In this document: piece after piece, positions 22,937 through 35,530 of the stretch
How positions within the stretch are numbered: position 1 is the first letter of the stretch
How the letters are laid out: each line of letters opens with the position of its first letter
NCBI RefSeq assembly: GCF_018350175.1
Contig: NC_058368.1
Location: 198,712,001-198,776,000, forward strand
Direction: 5' to 3'
DNA: 64,000 nucleotides
Source of the DNA: Felis catus
Lineage: Eukaryota
Translations under genes and position numbers: made by a program
Notes under the pieces: generated by a model
What the model saw: the letters and a program-made list of their open reading frames with translations, nothing else
Told to the model about the DNA's origin: nothing
Database searches by the model: none

Positions 22937-24881
22937 TTGGCTCATTCTCCTCACATCGATTGCCTTCTCCACAAACAGTCTGGTCTGAAAGTATATGTGC
23001 AGTGTGAGCAACCCTATAGAACAGAAGGGAGACCACATAGAAGCCTGCTCGGCCTGTGTTTAGATGCTTGTGCCTTTCGCTTTTGTTAAAAAGAGCTCAC
23101 ATCTGGGTACAGTGAAATGCGTCTTGCAGAAGGGTTTTCAGTACACATGGGCTGTTTTCTTACTTTCCCCATGCAGAAGATACCCCCGGCTCTGGCACGT
23201 GGAAAGAAACCCCGGGCATAGGAGCGTGCCCTATCCCGCGCACCTACTGAGCAGTGGCTCTGAGTCCCTCTACCTTCTGACCACGTGGTAGAGGACACCA
23301 AAGAGCCCTGGTGGAGGGACACGGTTTCTCTGAAAAAGCTCAAGAAAACATAACAGCATTTCATGCATGGACAGCCTCTCAGCTCATTTGAAGGGTTTGG
23401 GGCTTAGCTGGATTAGGTGAAGCTTTCTAGTTACAGACGGCTGTCACTTGAGAATTTTGAAAGTTGATTGTGTCATTTCATATGGCTGACTTTTTCAAAT
23501 GTGAAATTTGGATACTCTTTATCTGAGATATTGACTATAGACCCTTCTAGCCTATCTTCATGGGTCATTGGAGGACTTTGGGCTCAGGTATATTCATAGT
23601 TGGGCTATCCTTACCTTCTCTTGGGTCTTCTCTCCTCCTTTCCCAATGGTTATTTCATTACCACGTGGGCCTTTTCAATTTCTATAACAGATCAACTCCT
23701 TTCTTCCTCAGGGCTTACACAACTACAGCTCCTTCTCCCTTCTTTTCCTCATTCTCTGTCTGGCTAACTCCTATCCATCTTTTCGGGACTATGTCCCCTC
23801 CACTCCTACCCCCCAGGTATGTCTTCCTGACTCCATCTATCTGTCAAACTTTTAAAAAGCACCTTATTCTTTTCCTTCACAGTATTTCTCTACCGTCAGT
23901 ATTCAAGTGCTTGTGTTTCTCTTTGTTTAATATTCAACTTCCTCTCTGGACTACAGCTTTCATGAAGGCAGACGCTCCCTAGAAATGGCCTGGACTTCTT
24001 GTTCAGCTTTTGGCACTGGTGAGCTATCGGTTGAATGAGTGAAGAGTATCAACCTAGAAAGTTGATCCTACTGGCACCCTTTATAAGGTGCATACTCTGG
24101 GCAGTCCTAACGATTGTGTTTGAGATGGCAGAATGGTCTGTTTTGCAACTGTAGGTCTTACAGCTGTACGTACGTAAATGATGGAACTGCTAGGATGAAA
24201 TGGGCTTAGACTTTGGGCCAGTTCATTTAAAAACTCATTGTCTGTTACTCCCACTACTTGGTTTCCTCTCTTTTTCCTACTTAGGTCTATTTGGTGCTAT
24301 TAATCTCGAGTCTCCAAGAACAACATGCAAATGGGGGAGCAGTTCATTCTGTTCCACTAGATGTTTTTTTTTTTTTTTCAGCGTTCACCAGTGCTCCTGA
24401 TTTTCATTCTCCAGGAAGTTATGATTTTGAGGAAAGAAACAGAAAGTTAACAGTGATCATCAGGTATCTCAAGAGGCCATTTCTGGAGACCGTCTTCTTC
24501 ATGCCTTTGTCCAAAAGTTCCTAGAGGACAAGGACATGCCTTTCACAAATTTAGTTCTCTGTTGCAAAATTTCAGTTACTTAACAGTTACCTAAATATAG
24601 TGGTGCTCAGATAGGGTTGTTGAGCGATTAATCATACATAAGATACCAGGCTTCAGTCCCTCACTGGGTCCCAGGTCTAATAGTTTCAGTAGCCAGTCCC
24701 TCACCTCCTAGAAGGATATACCTTGTAGTCAGAGAACAGTTCTTCAGTATGTTAGATGGGCCAGCTGGTGAAGGTAAACAGTAATTCTGGGGCATCTGGT
24801 ATTTTGGGATCTAGGGCCAATGCCTAACCTTCTGTTTAGGAGAAACAACGAATAACTCTGTCAACCACTGTTTTTCCCTTA

Positions 24882-25105
24882 AGAGGTAGTACAGTGCAGT
24901 GTTTAATTTGCTTGAAAGCAGATCAGACCTGTGTTCAAATTCCAGATTTTGTTAGCTGTGTGTGATCTTGGGCAAGTGACTGCTCTACCCCGCACGGTGC
25001 TTCCGAGTCATGGGAGCTGATTAAACCGCATACCTCCCAGGGGAGTTGTGAGGCTCAAATGTGCTAATTCTCCCAAAGTTCTTAGAAAGTACTTCACCCT
25101 GAGCC
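24882..25105 (+). mobile_element. MIR
   Basis: agaggtagtacagtgcagtg..cagacctgtgttcaaattccag..tagctgtgtgtgatcttgggcaagtgact..gttgtgagg. Confidence 0.8.
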
Positions 25106-25685
25106 AGGACCCTCCCTCCACCCCATTGCAGTTGCTAGATTTTTCAGGGATGTGCAGTCAGGGGAGCGGAAAAGTGCAAGGGAATTGATAGCAAAGATCG
25201 TGATTAGTAAATGACTGAACATTTCTCTGATACTTCATGAAAAATATTTCATAAGCTACAATAATGTGTGGATTCTGAGTGTTAGCTACTAAATGAGTTG
25301 CTGGCTCTAAAATTAGGCGAAATGTTCAGAATCACTACTTTAATCATGACTCGATCCACAGTGCTGAAATTTTAAGTGTTAAGTCTTTATAAATCTTACT
25401 ATATCTGCAATGCCAAATAAAAAGGTAACAAAAAAAATACAAAACTTGAAACGCCTTTACTATTATCAAAAAATTAGGGCATGTGCACTATCGTTAGTTT
25501 CTAGAAAGAAGACTGGATATTGGGTGATATGTCAGGGATTTGAAGGCCACCGTCTGGGATTAGTTTAACAAGGGGACAGTGGAAATTCATGTTTAGGTAT
25601 TAACAGGTAATGACGAGCAATTCAAAACCACATACATGTGCCAAAAATCTTAGCTCATTCATGACAGTTTAAGACTAAGTTCTTA

Positions 25686-25882
25686 GGGGCGCCTGGGTGA
25701 CTCATTCTATTGAGCGTCCAACTTCCGCTCAGGTCATGATCTCCTAGTTCCTGGGGTCGACCCGCATCGGGCTTGCTGCTGTCAGTGCAGAGCCGGCTTC
25801 GGATCCTCTGTTTCCCTCTCTCTCCGCCCCTCCCCCACTTGCACACTCTCTCGAAAATAAACATTTTAAAAAATTTTTAAGA
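25686..25882 (+). mobile_element. Can-SINE with perfect 15-bp TSD
   Basis: TSD aagactaagttctta at 25671-25685 and 25883-25897. Confidence 0.95.
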
Positions 25883-26320
25883 AAGACTAAGTTCTTAGAA
25901 GAAGTGTTGAGAGAGAAAGAAAAGCAAAAGTCCTGATTCTTGAAAATGTGGGCAGTGTGGAATTTCTGCAAGTCTTGTGTGTTGATGATAGTTGCGTGTG
26001 ATTTGTTTTTTACCGGTGCTCATAACTGTGGGTGGGAAAGTTCAGTTTTCTTTCACACCCTCGCTGTTCCCAGTTAATTCTCACAAAGGACATTCTGTGG
26101 TTTGGTTAACATTTGACAGGTACATTAATTTCCTTCTCAAAACGAAAATTGTGTATAACTTAATATATCCTTTACTACTCAACTATCCAAAGTTTTTAGG
26201 TAATAGCTTCCAGATTTAGGGATTTTCTGGAACATAATAGTAAAAGCAAAACACCTAGCGGGTGGGGGCAAATGTTGGGCTTCGCTTTGCCAATAAGGAC
26301 ATTAGAAAAACAATACTTGT

Positions 26321-26532
26321 GGGGCGCCTGGATGGCTCAGTCGGTTGAGCGTCTGACTTGGGCTCAGGTCATGATCTCTCAGTCTGTGAGTTTGAGCCCC
26401 GCGTCGGGCTCTGTGCTGACAGGTTGGAGCCTGGAGCCTGCTTCGGATTCTGTGTCTACTGCCCCTCCCCTGCTCACATTCTGTCTCTCTCTCTCTCTCA
26501 AAAATAAATAAAGATTAAAAAAAAGAAGAAGA
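26321..26532 (+). mobile_element. Can-SINE
   Basis: TSD agaaaaacaa(t/c)acttgt. Confidence 0.95.
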
Positions 26533-28495
26533 AGAAAAACAACACTTGTGGGCTATCACTAAGTTCATTTCATGACCGAGAAAATGTTCACCACTCCTCC
26601 GCCTCCCACCCACCCCCTAGTAGCAAGTTTATAAACTTGAAGGCTTTCTAAATTGAATAACGCTAGTTCTGGAGAACGTTCATTTGTGTATTGAATGGTC
26701 ATAGTTGATGGTTCCACACATACAAAAGAATTGCCGTGATGAAAGTGGCCTGTAAATCAATGTTACTGTGTCCGATGTAGACACTTGTATACATGGCCTG
26801 TCGATCACCCAAAAACAAAAAAATCCTAGAACGGACAATAAAAATCACTGGACGATTGCTTGTACTTGCGCAGACTTACCATATTAGCGAACGGGAACAA
26901 GACATTTGGCTTGTGCCTTAAGAAGAGAGATCGGACGGCGTCCAGAAATCTATTCTAACGAAGGGGAGTTGTGATACTAGAAAATACTTGAGAAGGTCAT
27001 CCTCTAAGGCCACTCCCCTGCCTCGGATCGTTTATCAAGTACCTGTCCGGTACCTTCCACAGCCACAAAACAGTTAGCCAGCTCCACTGGGATTGGCAGG
27101 TCTACAACAGGTAGCCAGTTACATGGAAGAATTGAAAAGTTTTTTTTTTTTTATCGTATATTTAGTCTTTGTAAGTCGAGTATAGTGAAGGTGGCGGAGC
27201 TACTAGTCTGTGCTTTGGTGCAATGTTGGTAGAAGAAAAATAATACTTTGTAAGGGTGCCAAAAAGACTTGGATATTCTTTCGTGGCCAGGATACCCTTT
27301 CAAACGTGTCGGGGGTGGGGGGGTTACTCTACACCGGGGCTTGAGTTTTTGTCATTGACTAGACTGTTTTAGAACTCAGGAGAACTAGAAGCTGTAGAAA
27401 ATTGAAAACCATGCAGCTAAGTCTTGTCCATGGAAATGCAAGTTAGTCACGTCCTGGGGAATGCCGCGGACCCGTGTGTTTGTTTCCACATCCCTTTGCT
27501 ACAGGAAATTTGTGCTTCTTTGGCTGTTCTTTTGAACTGGCTGTGACACCTCTTTCGGTTCCCTCATTAAGTAATTAATGAGTTAAATGGAATCTATGAA
27601 ACCTGTTTATTTTAGATCTCTAGGCATCATGATTTTACCTTTTTTTTTTTTTATATCCTTTTATATAGGGATGCCTGTAAGAGATTTTTAGTACTACATG
27701 ATGATTGTCTTTTCAGCTTTTATGTGACCCTCTATAATGGTGTTGTTGCTGAAATCTTGGGTTTGTGTTTTTACTCATTTTTCAGATTGTTACCGTCAAG
27801 AAGCCATGTTTGCTGTTGGTTTCGAGGTGACGGAGTGTAGTGTCAAAAGGATTCATTTATGAATCAGGTGGAGAAAAGACTAAGTTCCCTTCCTGCCCTT
27901 GGCATCTATATCCCCTTTTTCTAATTCTGAGCAAGTTCTGGAAGTGTCAGGCCAGGTGTCCAAAGTGCTAGATATGGGCGTGGCGTTTGGTTAGTACTCA
28001 ACAAATGTACGTTAACTTCCCCTCTGTTCTTTGTTTTAAGGTATCTGTCCCTAATCTCTTCTTGGTTTTCATCCTCGTGTTTTTAGTCTACTGAACCTAG
28101 ATAATCTGTTAGAATTCTATCTAACACGAATGTCCTTAGATTGTGACTACGAGCCTGAGGAATTTTACTAAGACTGAAATATATACACCTTACAGTTGAT
28201 CAGCTTTGGTGTAGGATCCTAGATGCCGTTTGTGCCCCTTTTATATTCTTGGCTGTGTGTTAGACAGTTGAGGTTGATGGTTAAGTGACCAGGAGAAATT
28301 AGATGTTACCCTATTTGGTTTTAAAATCTCTTTTCTTTTGGTTCACATCAAAGCTAATTTGTATCCCTTGAGGTTTATACCAACAAGTGAGAGGTGTGTA
28401 TATAAAAGAAATAGAAAAGAGAGGAAAGAATAAGTTTGGTGTGAAGGGTGGGGGATTCGGGAAAGTAAGACAAGGCCAGGTGACAGGAAACAACC

Positions 28496-28498
<3 letters not shown>

Positions 28499-28538
<40 letters not shown>
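28499..28538. repeat. (TG)20 microsatellite
   Basis: Perfect repeat. Confidence 0.97.
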
Positions 28539-28541
<3 letters not shown>

Positions 28542-28721
28542 TATACACAGGTATATGATTTGTTGTAGATGTTGGGGCAAAGTGTTCCCACATGAGGTGA
28601 ATGCCCATGGAAGAGAGGGAACCACCTGAAGCCATGGCAGAGAAAGGGGAATTATCACATTAACTTTCCTACCCTTGTAATGGCAAAGCTGCTGCTTCTC
28701 CAGGACTCCCAGTACATTGCC

Positions 28722-28960
28722 TTTTTTGTTTGTTTGAATGTTTATTTTTGAGAGAAAGAGAGAGAGAGTGGGAGGGAGAGCAAGTGAGAGCACAGGAGAG
28801 AGGGGGAGGGGCAGAGAGAGAGGGAGACACAGAATCCAGAGTAGGCTCCAGGCTTCGAGCTGTCAGCACAGAGCCAGATGCGGGGCTGGAACTAGGGACC
28901 ATGAGATCATGACCTGAGCCAAAGTTGGACGCTCAACCCACTGAGCTACCCAGGCACCCC
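28722..28960 (-). mobile_element. Can-SINE
   Basis: Minus-strand head ..cccaggcacccc, TSD cagtacat. Confidence 0.94.
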
Positions 28961-29165
28961 CAGTACATGATTTTTTAAATCAGAAATATGTTAAGGCTTC
29001 TTTTGATTTCATTCATGATCTGCCAGATATTAATCTGACCTTAGAAAACTTTAAGAGAAAAGAAAATATAACACCCTTTCTTGCAAGTATTTCAAGGATA
29101 ATTACAAATAAAATGATCTTGTGTATCATTGAAAAGAGCTGGACCATTCTTTCTCAGCATCTCAC

Positions 29166-29652
29166 TTGTTTTCCGTGGGTGCTGTAACAAATTACCACAT
29201 GCTCTCAGGGGTTCAAAACAACACACATTTCTTACTTGGATGGTCTTGAGAGTGAGACATCTGAAATGAGTCTCACCAGGATAAAGTCAAAATGTCAGAA
29301 AGGCTTCATCCTTTTCTGGAGGCTGTAGGGGAGGATCCATTGTCCAGCCTTGTCCAGTGTCTGGAGGCTGATTGCCCTGGCTCCTGGCCCCTTTTCATCC
29401 TCACAGCCAGTGATGATTAGCCCTTCTTTCTCCCATAGTAGTTCTCGCACTCTCCCTTCTGCCTCCCTCTTCCCTGTTGAAGGAACATCTGTGATTACAT
29501 TGGGTCCACCTGGATTGATCCGGCATAGTCTCGTTAAGGGCAACTGATGGGCAACCTCAGTTCACCCTCTTCCATGGAGCCTAATATATTGACAGGTTCC
29601 AGGGATTAGGATGTGGATATATTGGGAGCAAGCCATCATTCTCCTAACCACA
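29166..29652 (-). mobile_element. MLT1D-like MaLR solo LTR
   Basis: gctgtaacaaattaccac...tgtgattacattgggtccacctgga...caggttccagggattaggatgtggat...accaca. Confidence 0.85.
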
Positions 29653-29846
29653 CACACCACTCTCCTTACCATCATAGTTTTTCTGTCTTGTTTCTTCCAT
29701 AGTTTGGGGTTGGGGGGGGGGGCGCTTTGCTGTACTTACCTAAAAAAAAAAAAAAAAAAAAAAACAAAAACATTCAATCTCTAGGGGGATGGGAGTCATT
29801 AAACTCAGGCTAAGGAGAACTTATGTGACTTTAAAAATAAAGTTAT

Positions 29847-30060
29847 GGAGCACCTGGATGGCTCAGTCGATTAGTCAGGAAAACTCTTGGTTTCGGCTCA
29901 GGTCATGATCTCACAGTTTGCAGGATCAAGCCCCACCATTGGGCTCTGTGCTGACAGGGGGGCCCTGCTTGGGATTCTCTTTCCCTCTCTCTCTCTGCCC
30001 CTCCCCTCCTCGCGTGTGCGTGCTCTCTCTCTCAAAATACATAAACTAAAAATAAAAAAA
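29847..30060 (+). mobile_element. Can-SINE
   Basis: Head cacctggatggctcagtcg, ggctcaggtcatgatctcacagtt, A tail. Confidence 0.92.
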
Positions 30061-33000
30061 CAAATTTATAATCTGTTTTTACCATATACTCTGGTACCGA
30101 TAGTTTGGGTTGTGAGGGAATCCCTTCTTGCCCAGAGTTTTTCAGCAGGTACATATCTTGTTTGCCTGCGTGTAATCCACGTGATTTTAAATTCCTGGCT
30201 TGAAGCTTTCTAAGGAGCCCCAGTTCGTAAGAAAAGATCAGAGAGGTGGTCTGTGACTTTGGGTTACCTCACACTCTGGAAGCACAGACGCTTGCTCCTC
30301 TCGTGATGACGTGGCAAGCGAGGAGATGTTGACGTAGAAGGAGGTGGACCTGGGAAAAGAAACTGCTACTGATTCATTACAAAGTTAAGATTAAGGCCCT
30401 GGTCTTACTTTCTTACCTACTCTGGTCTTGTTTCTGGAAAGCCATGGATGTGAATTGAAGACGACGAAACCAAGGAAATCTGTAGGGGTCATGAGGATCA
30501 CTTAACACCCCTTGGCCTACTCTGTTTGGAAGCCCTGAGGTGGCAACAAGGGCTCGGGGTTGTGTAGCCCCTAATTCTGCAACTGAGCTGCAAAATGGGC
30601 AAGGTAAATCCAATTGGGGAAGGTAGGATTTTTGATGTTCTAACAAGTAATGTTTAAATAACCCTGTGAGAACAATCACTGTGAAAGTATAATGGTGGCT
30701 CAAGTTATTGAGTTGTCCTTGGGGCCCCTCTGTCAGAGAGTGTGGGGAGGAAGAGAACTTCATAGAAAGTTCGTCAGCTGCAGTTGAAAACGTCCACCGC
30801 AAGAGTGAAATTCGTGGCACCTAAGTCGCGGTATTCCTGTGTTTTCCCTGCAGTTACACCATAAGGTGATGTGAAGACAGAACGACACTGACCTCTCCCT
30901 AACCCTAGCCCAAGGTTACCCTTTCTAGAGACTTGGTTTATAATTGTATCAACTACTTTGTGAAAGAGGATTTTCTTTTTCTATCCTCTCCATGTAATTT
31001 CCAGCACCCTAAACTGGTCTGTAAACATCTGTTGATTCCACAGCCTGTTTCTTAATTCAAGTCATGGCATAAGTTTTTCCTTCTCCGGGGTTTTCGTGTC
31101 TTGGCTGTGTCTCAAAGCCTGAGGTAAGCAAATTTGGATGTAGTGCCTCTGACGAGGGCTTGTCGTTTTCGCTCCACCATTATGCTCTGTGTGCTCTAAG
31201 CCTTTTAAAATAGCTGAATGTTTTCAATAAGTGAATGAGCCGCCGCTGTTGGGACTTGCATTTTTCTCCCCCCAAATGTTGAAGCACTGACTGAATCTTG
31301 TCGGTGCAAAGCATCCAGACCTTTTTTATGGACTGCCCTAGACGGATTGCTTGTAAGAAATGTAGGCAGGTAAAAGGATTAGTTTTAATTACGCTCAGAG
31401 CTAGTGTGATCATGAAGCAGGGGCAACCCCTCCTGTTGAGGTGCTTTTTCTGTGACACCGGCCTTAAGACATTACCTGAAAGGCGAGTTAAGAGAGCAGT
31501 CCCTTAAAGTTCTTTCCTTGCATTTGTGAGCTGTTTCTCATTACCTGGAGAGTACTCAGGCAAGTCCGCGCTGCCTTTTCACAATGAAAGTCCAGATTAG
31601 TATTTCCTCCCCTTTTCCTTCTGCCTGACACGTGCAATTCCTAATTCTTCTGTCAGCACAGGTTCAGAGTGGTCTCCTCACGTGAGACAAAGATGGGATC
31701 TACTTGAATTACTCCACATGCGTTAACATCTAGAGAGACCAGGAGGGCTTGGTCACCTGAAGAGGGACTCCACTCGGGACCTGGGAATGACCTGCCCTCG
31801 TTACTGTTTCTGTTGGTTACTCGTTGGGGAGTGGGGGTGAGGGTGGGGGACGCAGACCAAGCTGAGTTATTTGAAAGTGGGATGGGGTAAGACCGAGACC
31901 TGATCTTTCTCACTTTTGTGCTTGTTTGCCTTATATTTTCTATAATTAAAAAGACTATAATTTAAACATTTTAAAGAGATTGTATATTGCATAGCTGGAC
32001 CAGTATGTGTGGCAGTCAACTATTTCTTTTTGCTGTTGATCTGTATTCCAAGCGAAATTTCCCATGACGTCACAAGAATGTTTAACTGCTTTTTCGTTAG
32101 GGTCCAAGCTATATAATTTTAACAGTTGAGGCTTGTTTACCTGATTAGGGTGTACAGACCTGAGAGAGGAATATGGTCTGAGAGAAACTTTAACCTTTGA
32201 TCTGAGTCCTGATGGCTTTTTTATTGCCGAAGATGCCTTTTGGAAAAGAGTTATGAAAATATCCCTGTATTCTTAAATATTCAAATTTAAATTTGAAACG
32301 GTTAAAGTGACTTTAAATAGAATAGTGATGAGTTCAGTCTAAAATAAGTTTCTTTTAAATACATAGTTGACCTCCTAAATTTTAGTCTTGGACCAGCCAG
32401 AATGCTCTATAAATTTTAACTTCAACAAGTAATTTGTGTACCACATGCTGATTCCCTTGGGCCATTCTGGTGAGCTGCAAACTCAAAATCTGCTAAGTTT
32501 TGAAATGAACTGTTTTTTTTTTTTTTTTTTTGGAAAACTATTAGATCATATAAAAGTGAAAAGTGTTCTATGACCTAAAATTTCATGATTTTGAACAATA
32601 AAGATAGAACATGTAACGGGTGGAGAAGTGGAAGAGAACATCTGAATGAGACCTGAAACTGACGAGGCTTTGCCTCAGAGGTATAGAATGTTTTGTTCTT
32701 GCTGTTGAAGAGTGTTCAAACGATTTGGACTGTGCTAATAAACTTCAGTTTAATGTGTTTTAAGTTAAAAAATGAAGAATAAAACAGAAAACCAATAACA
32801 CCACCAATATTAAAGGAAGTGCTAATCTTACCAGTCACAAAGAGCTAAAAGCAATACATCTGTTTCCTGCAAATATTACCCTACCACCTGGAACAGGTGT
32901 CTTTACTGCTCAAGAATCAATATAATATATTTACTGGTGTTTTCTTTGGAGTTTAAAATTTTCACCCTTTATTGTAAAATTCATATGAATGAAAATACAG

Positions 33001-33352
33001 TAGGGCTGATGATTTGGTTTCCTTTTCTTCCTTCACTCCTCATTCCAAGGAGGCTTATATAAGTAAGCAGTAACTCGAATATAAATAGATGTTTGTTCAC
33101 ATTTGTAAGACTTCTATTTCAATGGATGTACTTAAATCTCTCATAACTTAAAATTCAGCATATCTCACTATGGCTGTTACATAATTTCATGTTTTAATAA
33201 AGAATGAGAGCTGGCATGAACATACAAATACCAAAATGTTGAATAACAACCAGAATCTTGTCTTTTCTATTCTACCCATACCAAGAACAGAAATTTTAAT
33301 AATTGTATAAAATAAGCTTGAAGTATCATGGTATAATGATAGCAACGATGAT

Positions 33353-33716
33353 TGTCTTATTTTGGGCTCCTCTAACAAAGCAGTGCAGAATGAGGGGCTT
33401 AAACAACAAATGTTTCTTTTTCACAGTTCTAGAGACTGGAAGTCCAAGAGGAAAGTGCTAGCAGATTCAGTGTCTGATGAGGGCCTGTTTCCTGGTTCAT
33501 AGCCCAGTCTTTATGCCATGTTCTCACTTGGTGGGAGGGACAAAATTGTTCTGTGACATCTTTTATATAAGGGCACTAATCCCACTCATGAGAGCTCCAT
33601 CCTTAAGACCTGATCACCTCCCCAAAGCCCTGCTTTCTAATGCTGTCCTATCAGAGGTTAGTTACCATTTCGAATTATGAATCCAAAGGGGAGACCTGAA
33701 CATTTAGCCCATAACA
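33353..33716 (-). mobile_element. MLT1A/MLT1A0-like MaLR solo LTR
   Basis: ggcttaaacaacaaatg..tcacagttctagagactggaagtccaag..ataagggcactaatcccactcatgag..cccataaca. Confidence 0.85.
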
Positions 33717-33950
33717 TTAGTAATTAGCACTTACTGCTTTATTGCCAAGGTAATATTCTGAGTGCTTCGTATTATAATCAACTTAATCTTACCAATAACC
33801 AAATAATTATCATCATAGTCCCAGATCATAGTCCCAAATATCATCAACTGTCCCAGAGAAGTGAAATGATTAGCCAAGGTGGCTCAGCTAGTAAGTAATG
33901 GAGCTGGGCAAGAATCAAACCCAGAAGTTTGGTGCTAGAGTTTGAGCTCT
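33717..33950 (-). mobile_element. MIR
   Basis: gcacttact..ttctgagtgctt..ccaaggtggctcagctagtaagtaatggagctggg..tcaaaccca. Confidence 0.75.
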
Positions 33951-35007
33951 CAACACCTAAATGGTAGAAAAAGTGCAGCCCACAACCCCCATCTCCCACC
34001 AAGCAAGGCTGCAATCTTTTTGATTAATGGTTTGGTATTTTGAGGGTTAAGTATTTTCATCTAGCTCTAAAGTCTAAATTCTGTATGGTTTAAAATTAAC
34101 CATGTAACAGCCAGCTGGAGACTGGTTACATCAATTTTGGGATGGTCATACAGTAAAAATCTGTGCTGACAATCAACTGTTACTACACAGAGGATTGTGA
34201 TAAATTGGAGAAGCAATTAACTAGGTGTATATATGCATACAGGGATCACATTTTTGTGTAAAAAGAGAAAAAGGTATATATATACTAGCGTATGCATAAA
34301 AAAAAGTTGAAGGACCAAACACCCATAATCTTTAGCAGGTTAGAGTGTGGAGGAACTTTTACTTTTCTTCCTTATTACATTTGACTGATCAAATTATTCT
34401 TTACAAGTATTACTTTGAGCATCAGAAAAAAAAATAGAAAAAAATCAAATGGACTAGAGAGAACAGAAGTTTTCCTAAAACATGAAGGGTTGGGCCAGTT
34501 TTTAGATTAATGGAGACAATGAATTATTTCCTTCTCTAGCCTGTGGAGATTTTTATGGCCTCCATTATAGCCATAAAATTGTAGCTGTTTAAATCCTATT
34601 TTGTAAAAAAACAAAAACAAATTCCTATTTTGTATTCCTGTTAAAATTCTCTTTGCAGGATTCCTTATGAATAAAAACAGGGTAAGGGTTGGATTCATTT
34701 TATTTCCCACGTTTTTATGGATTACTGGAACACAAAATTTTAATGTCTCTTTCTGTTGAAAATAATCCTCTTGAGTCTTGCTGCCCAGGTAAATGTTGAC
34801 TACAGGTTGCTCGATTTTGAGAGGAACAGCCCAATTATGGGGATGGGGGGATGTTATGAGGAATGTATAGCTGTGACTCAAAACTTCTGATTCTAGAAGC
34901 TTTTAAGCAGCTTTATCTTTTTTCCTTCTATAAATCAAAATATTCAGACAATGGTTTTCATTCTTACAAAGAGCAGTTAGTATGTAAGTGTTTGTATCTC
35001 ATTTAAA

Positions 35008-35200
35008 TTTTTAAGTTTTTTTTTTTGTTTTTAAAGTTTGAGAGCGAGTGGGGAAGGGGCAGAGAGAAAGGGGGAGAAGGAGTCCCAGGCAGGCTCTGCA
35101 CTCCTCTCAGTGTGCCAGTGTGGGGCTCGATCTCACAATGGAGAGATCATGACCTGAGTCAAAATTAGGAGTCGGACTCTTAACCGACTGAGCCACCCAG
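35008..35200 (-). mobile_element. Can-SINE (5' end clipped)
   Basis: gagatcatgacctgag..ttaaccgactgagccacccag. Confidence 0.9.
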
Positions 35201-35304
35201 TCGGTTTTTAAAATATACTTTAAGATATATACCTTAAAATATATTTAAAAACAAAAATTAAAGTGAGCTGTCCTATATCTGTTATTCTTACAAGATAGTT
35301 TTCA

Positions 35305-35530
35305 GGGGCGCCTGGGTGGCGCAGTCGGTTAAGCGTCCGACTTCAGCCAGGTCACGATCTCGCGGTCCGTGAGTTCGAGCCCCGCGTCGGGCTCTGGGCT
35401 GATGGCTCAGAGCCTGGAGCCTGTTTCCGATTCTGTGTCTCCCTCTCTCTCTGCCCCTCCCCCGTTCATGCTCTGTCTCTCTCTGTCCCAAAACTAAATA
35501 AACGTTGAAAAAAAAATTAAAAAAAAAAAA
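35305..35530 (+). mobile_element. Young near-consensus felid Can-SINE (SINEC_Fc type) with perfect TSD
   Basis: GGGGCGCCTGGGTGGCGCAGTCGGTTAAGCGTCCGACTTCAGCCAGGTCACGATCTCGCGGTCCGTGAGTTCGAGCCCCGCGTCGG with CpGs intact. TSD aagatagttttca at 35292-35304 and 35531-35543. Confidence 0.97.

Noticed and set aside
27073..27110. Peptide LASSTGIGRSTT resembling the SDR glycine-rich motif
   Set aside because: It does not fit the TGxxxGIG spacing, has no start codon or splice context, and is too short to be meaningful.
28011..28046. Polypyrimidine-AG|GT junction as a recursive splice site (similar one at 16112)
   Set aside because: The regenerated donors GTATCT and GTAGCT are poor matches to GTRAG, so this cannot be supported without RNA-seq.
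35305..35390. tRNA-like A/B-box sequence
   Set aside because: This is the tRNA-derived head of a Can-SINE, not a tRNA gene.
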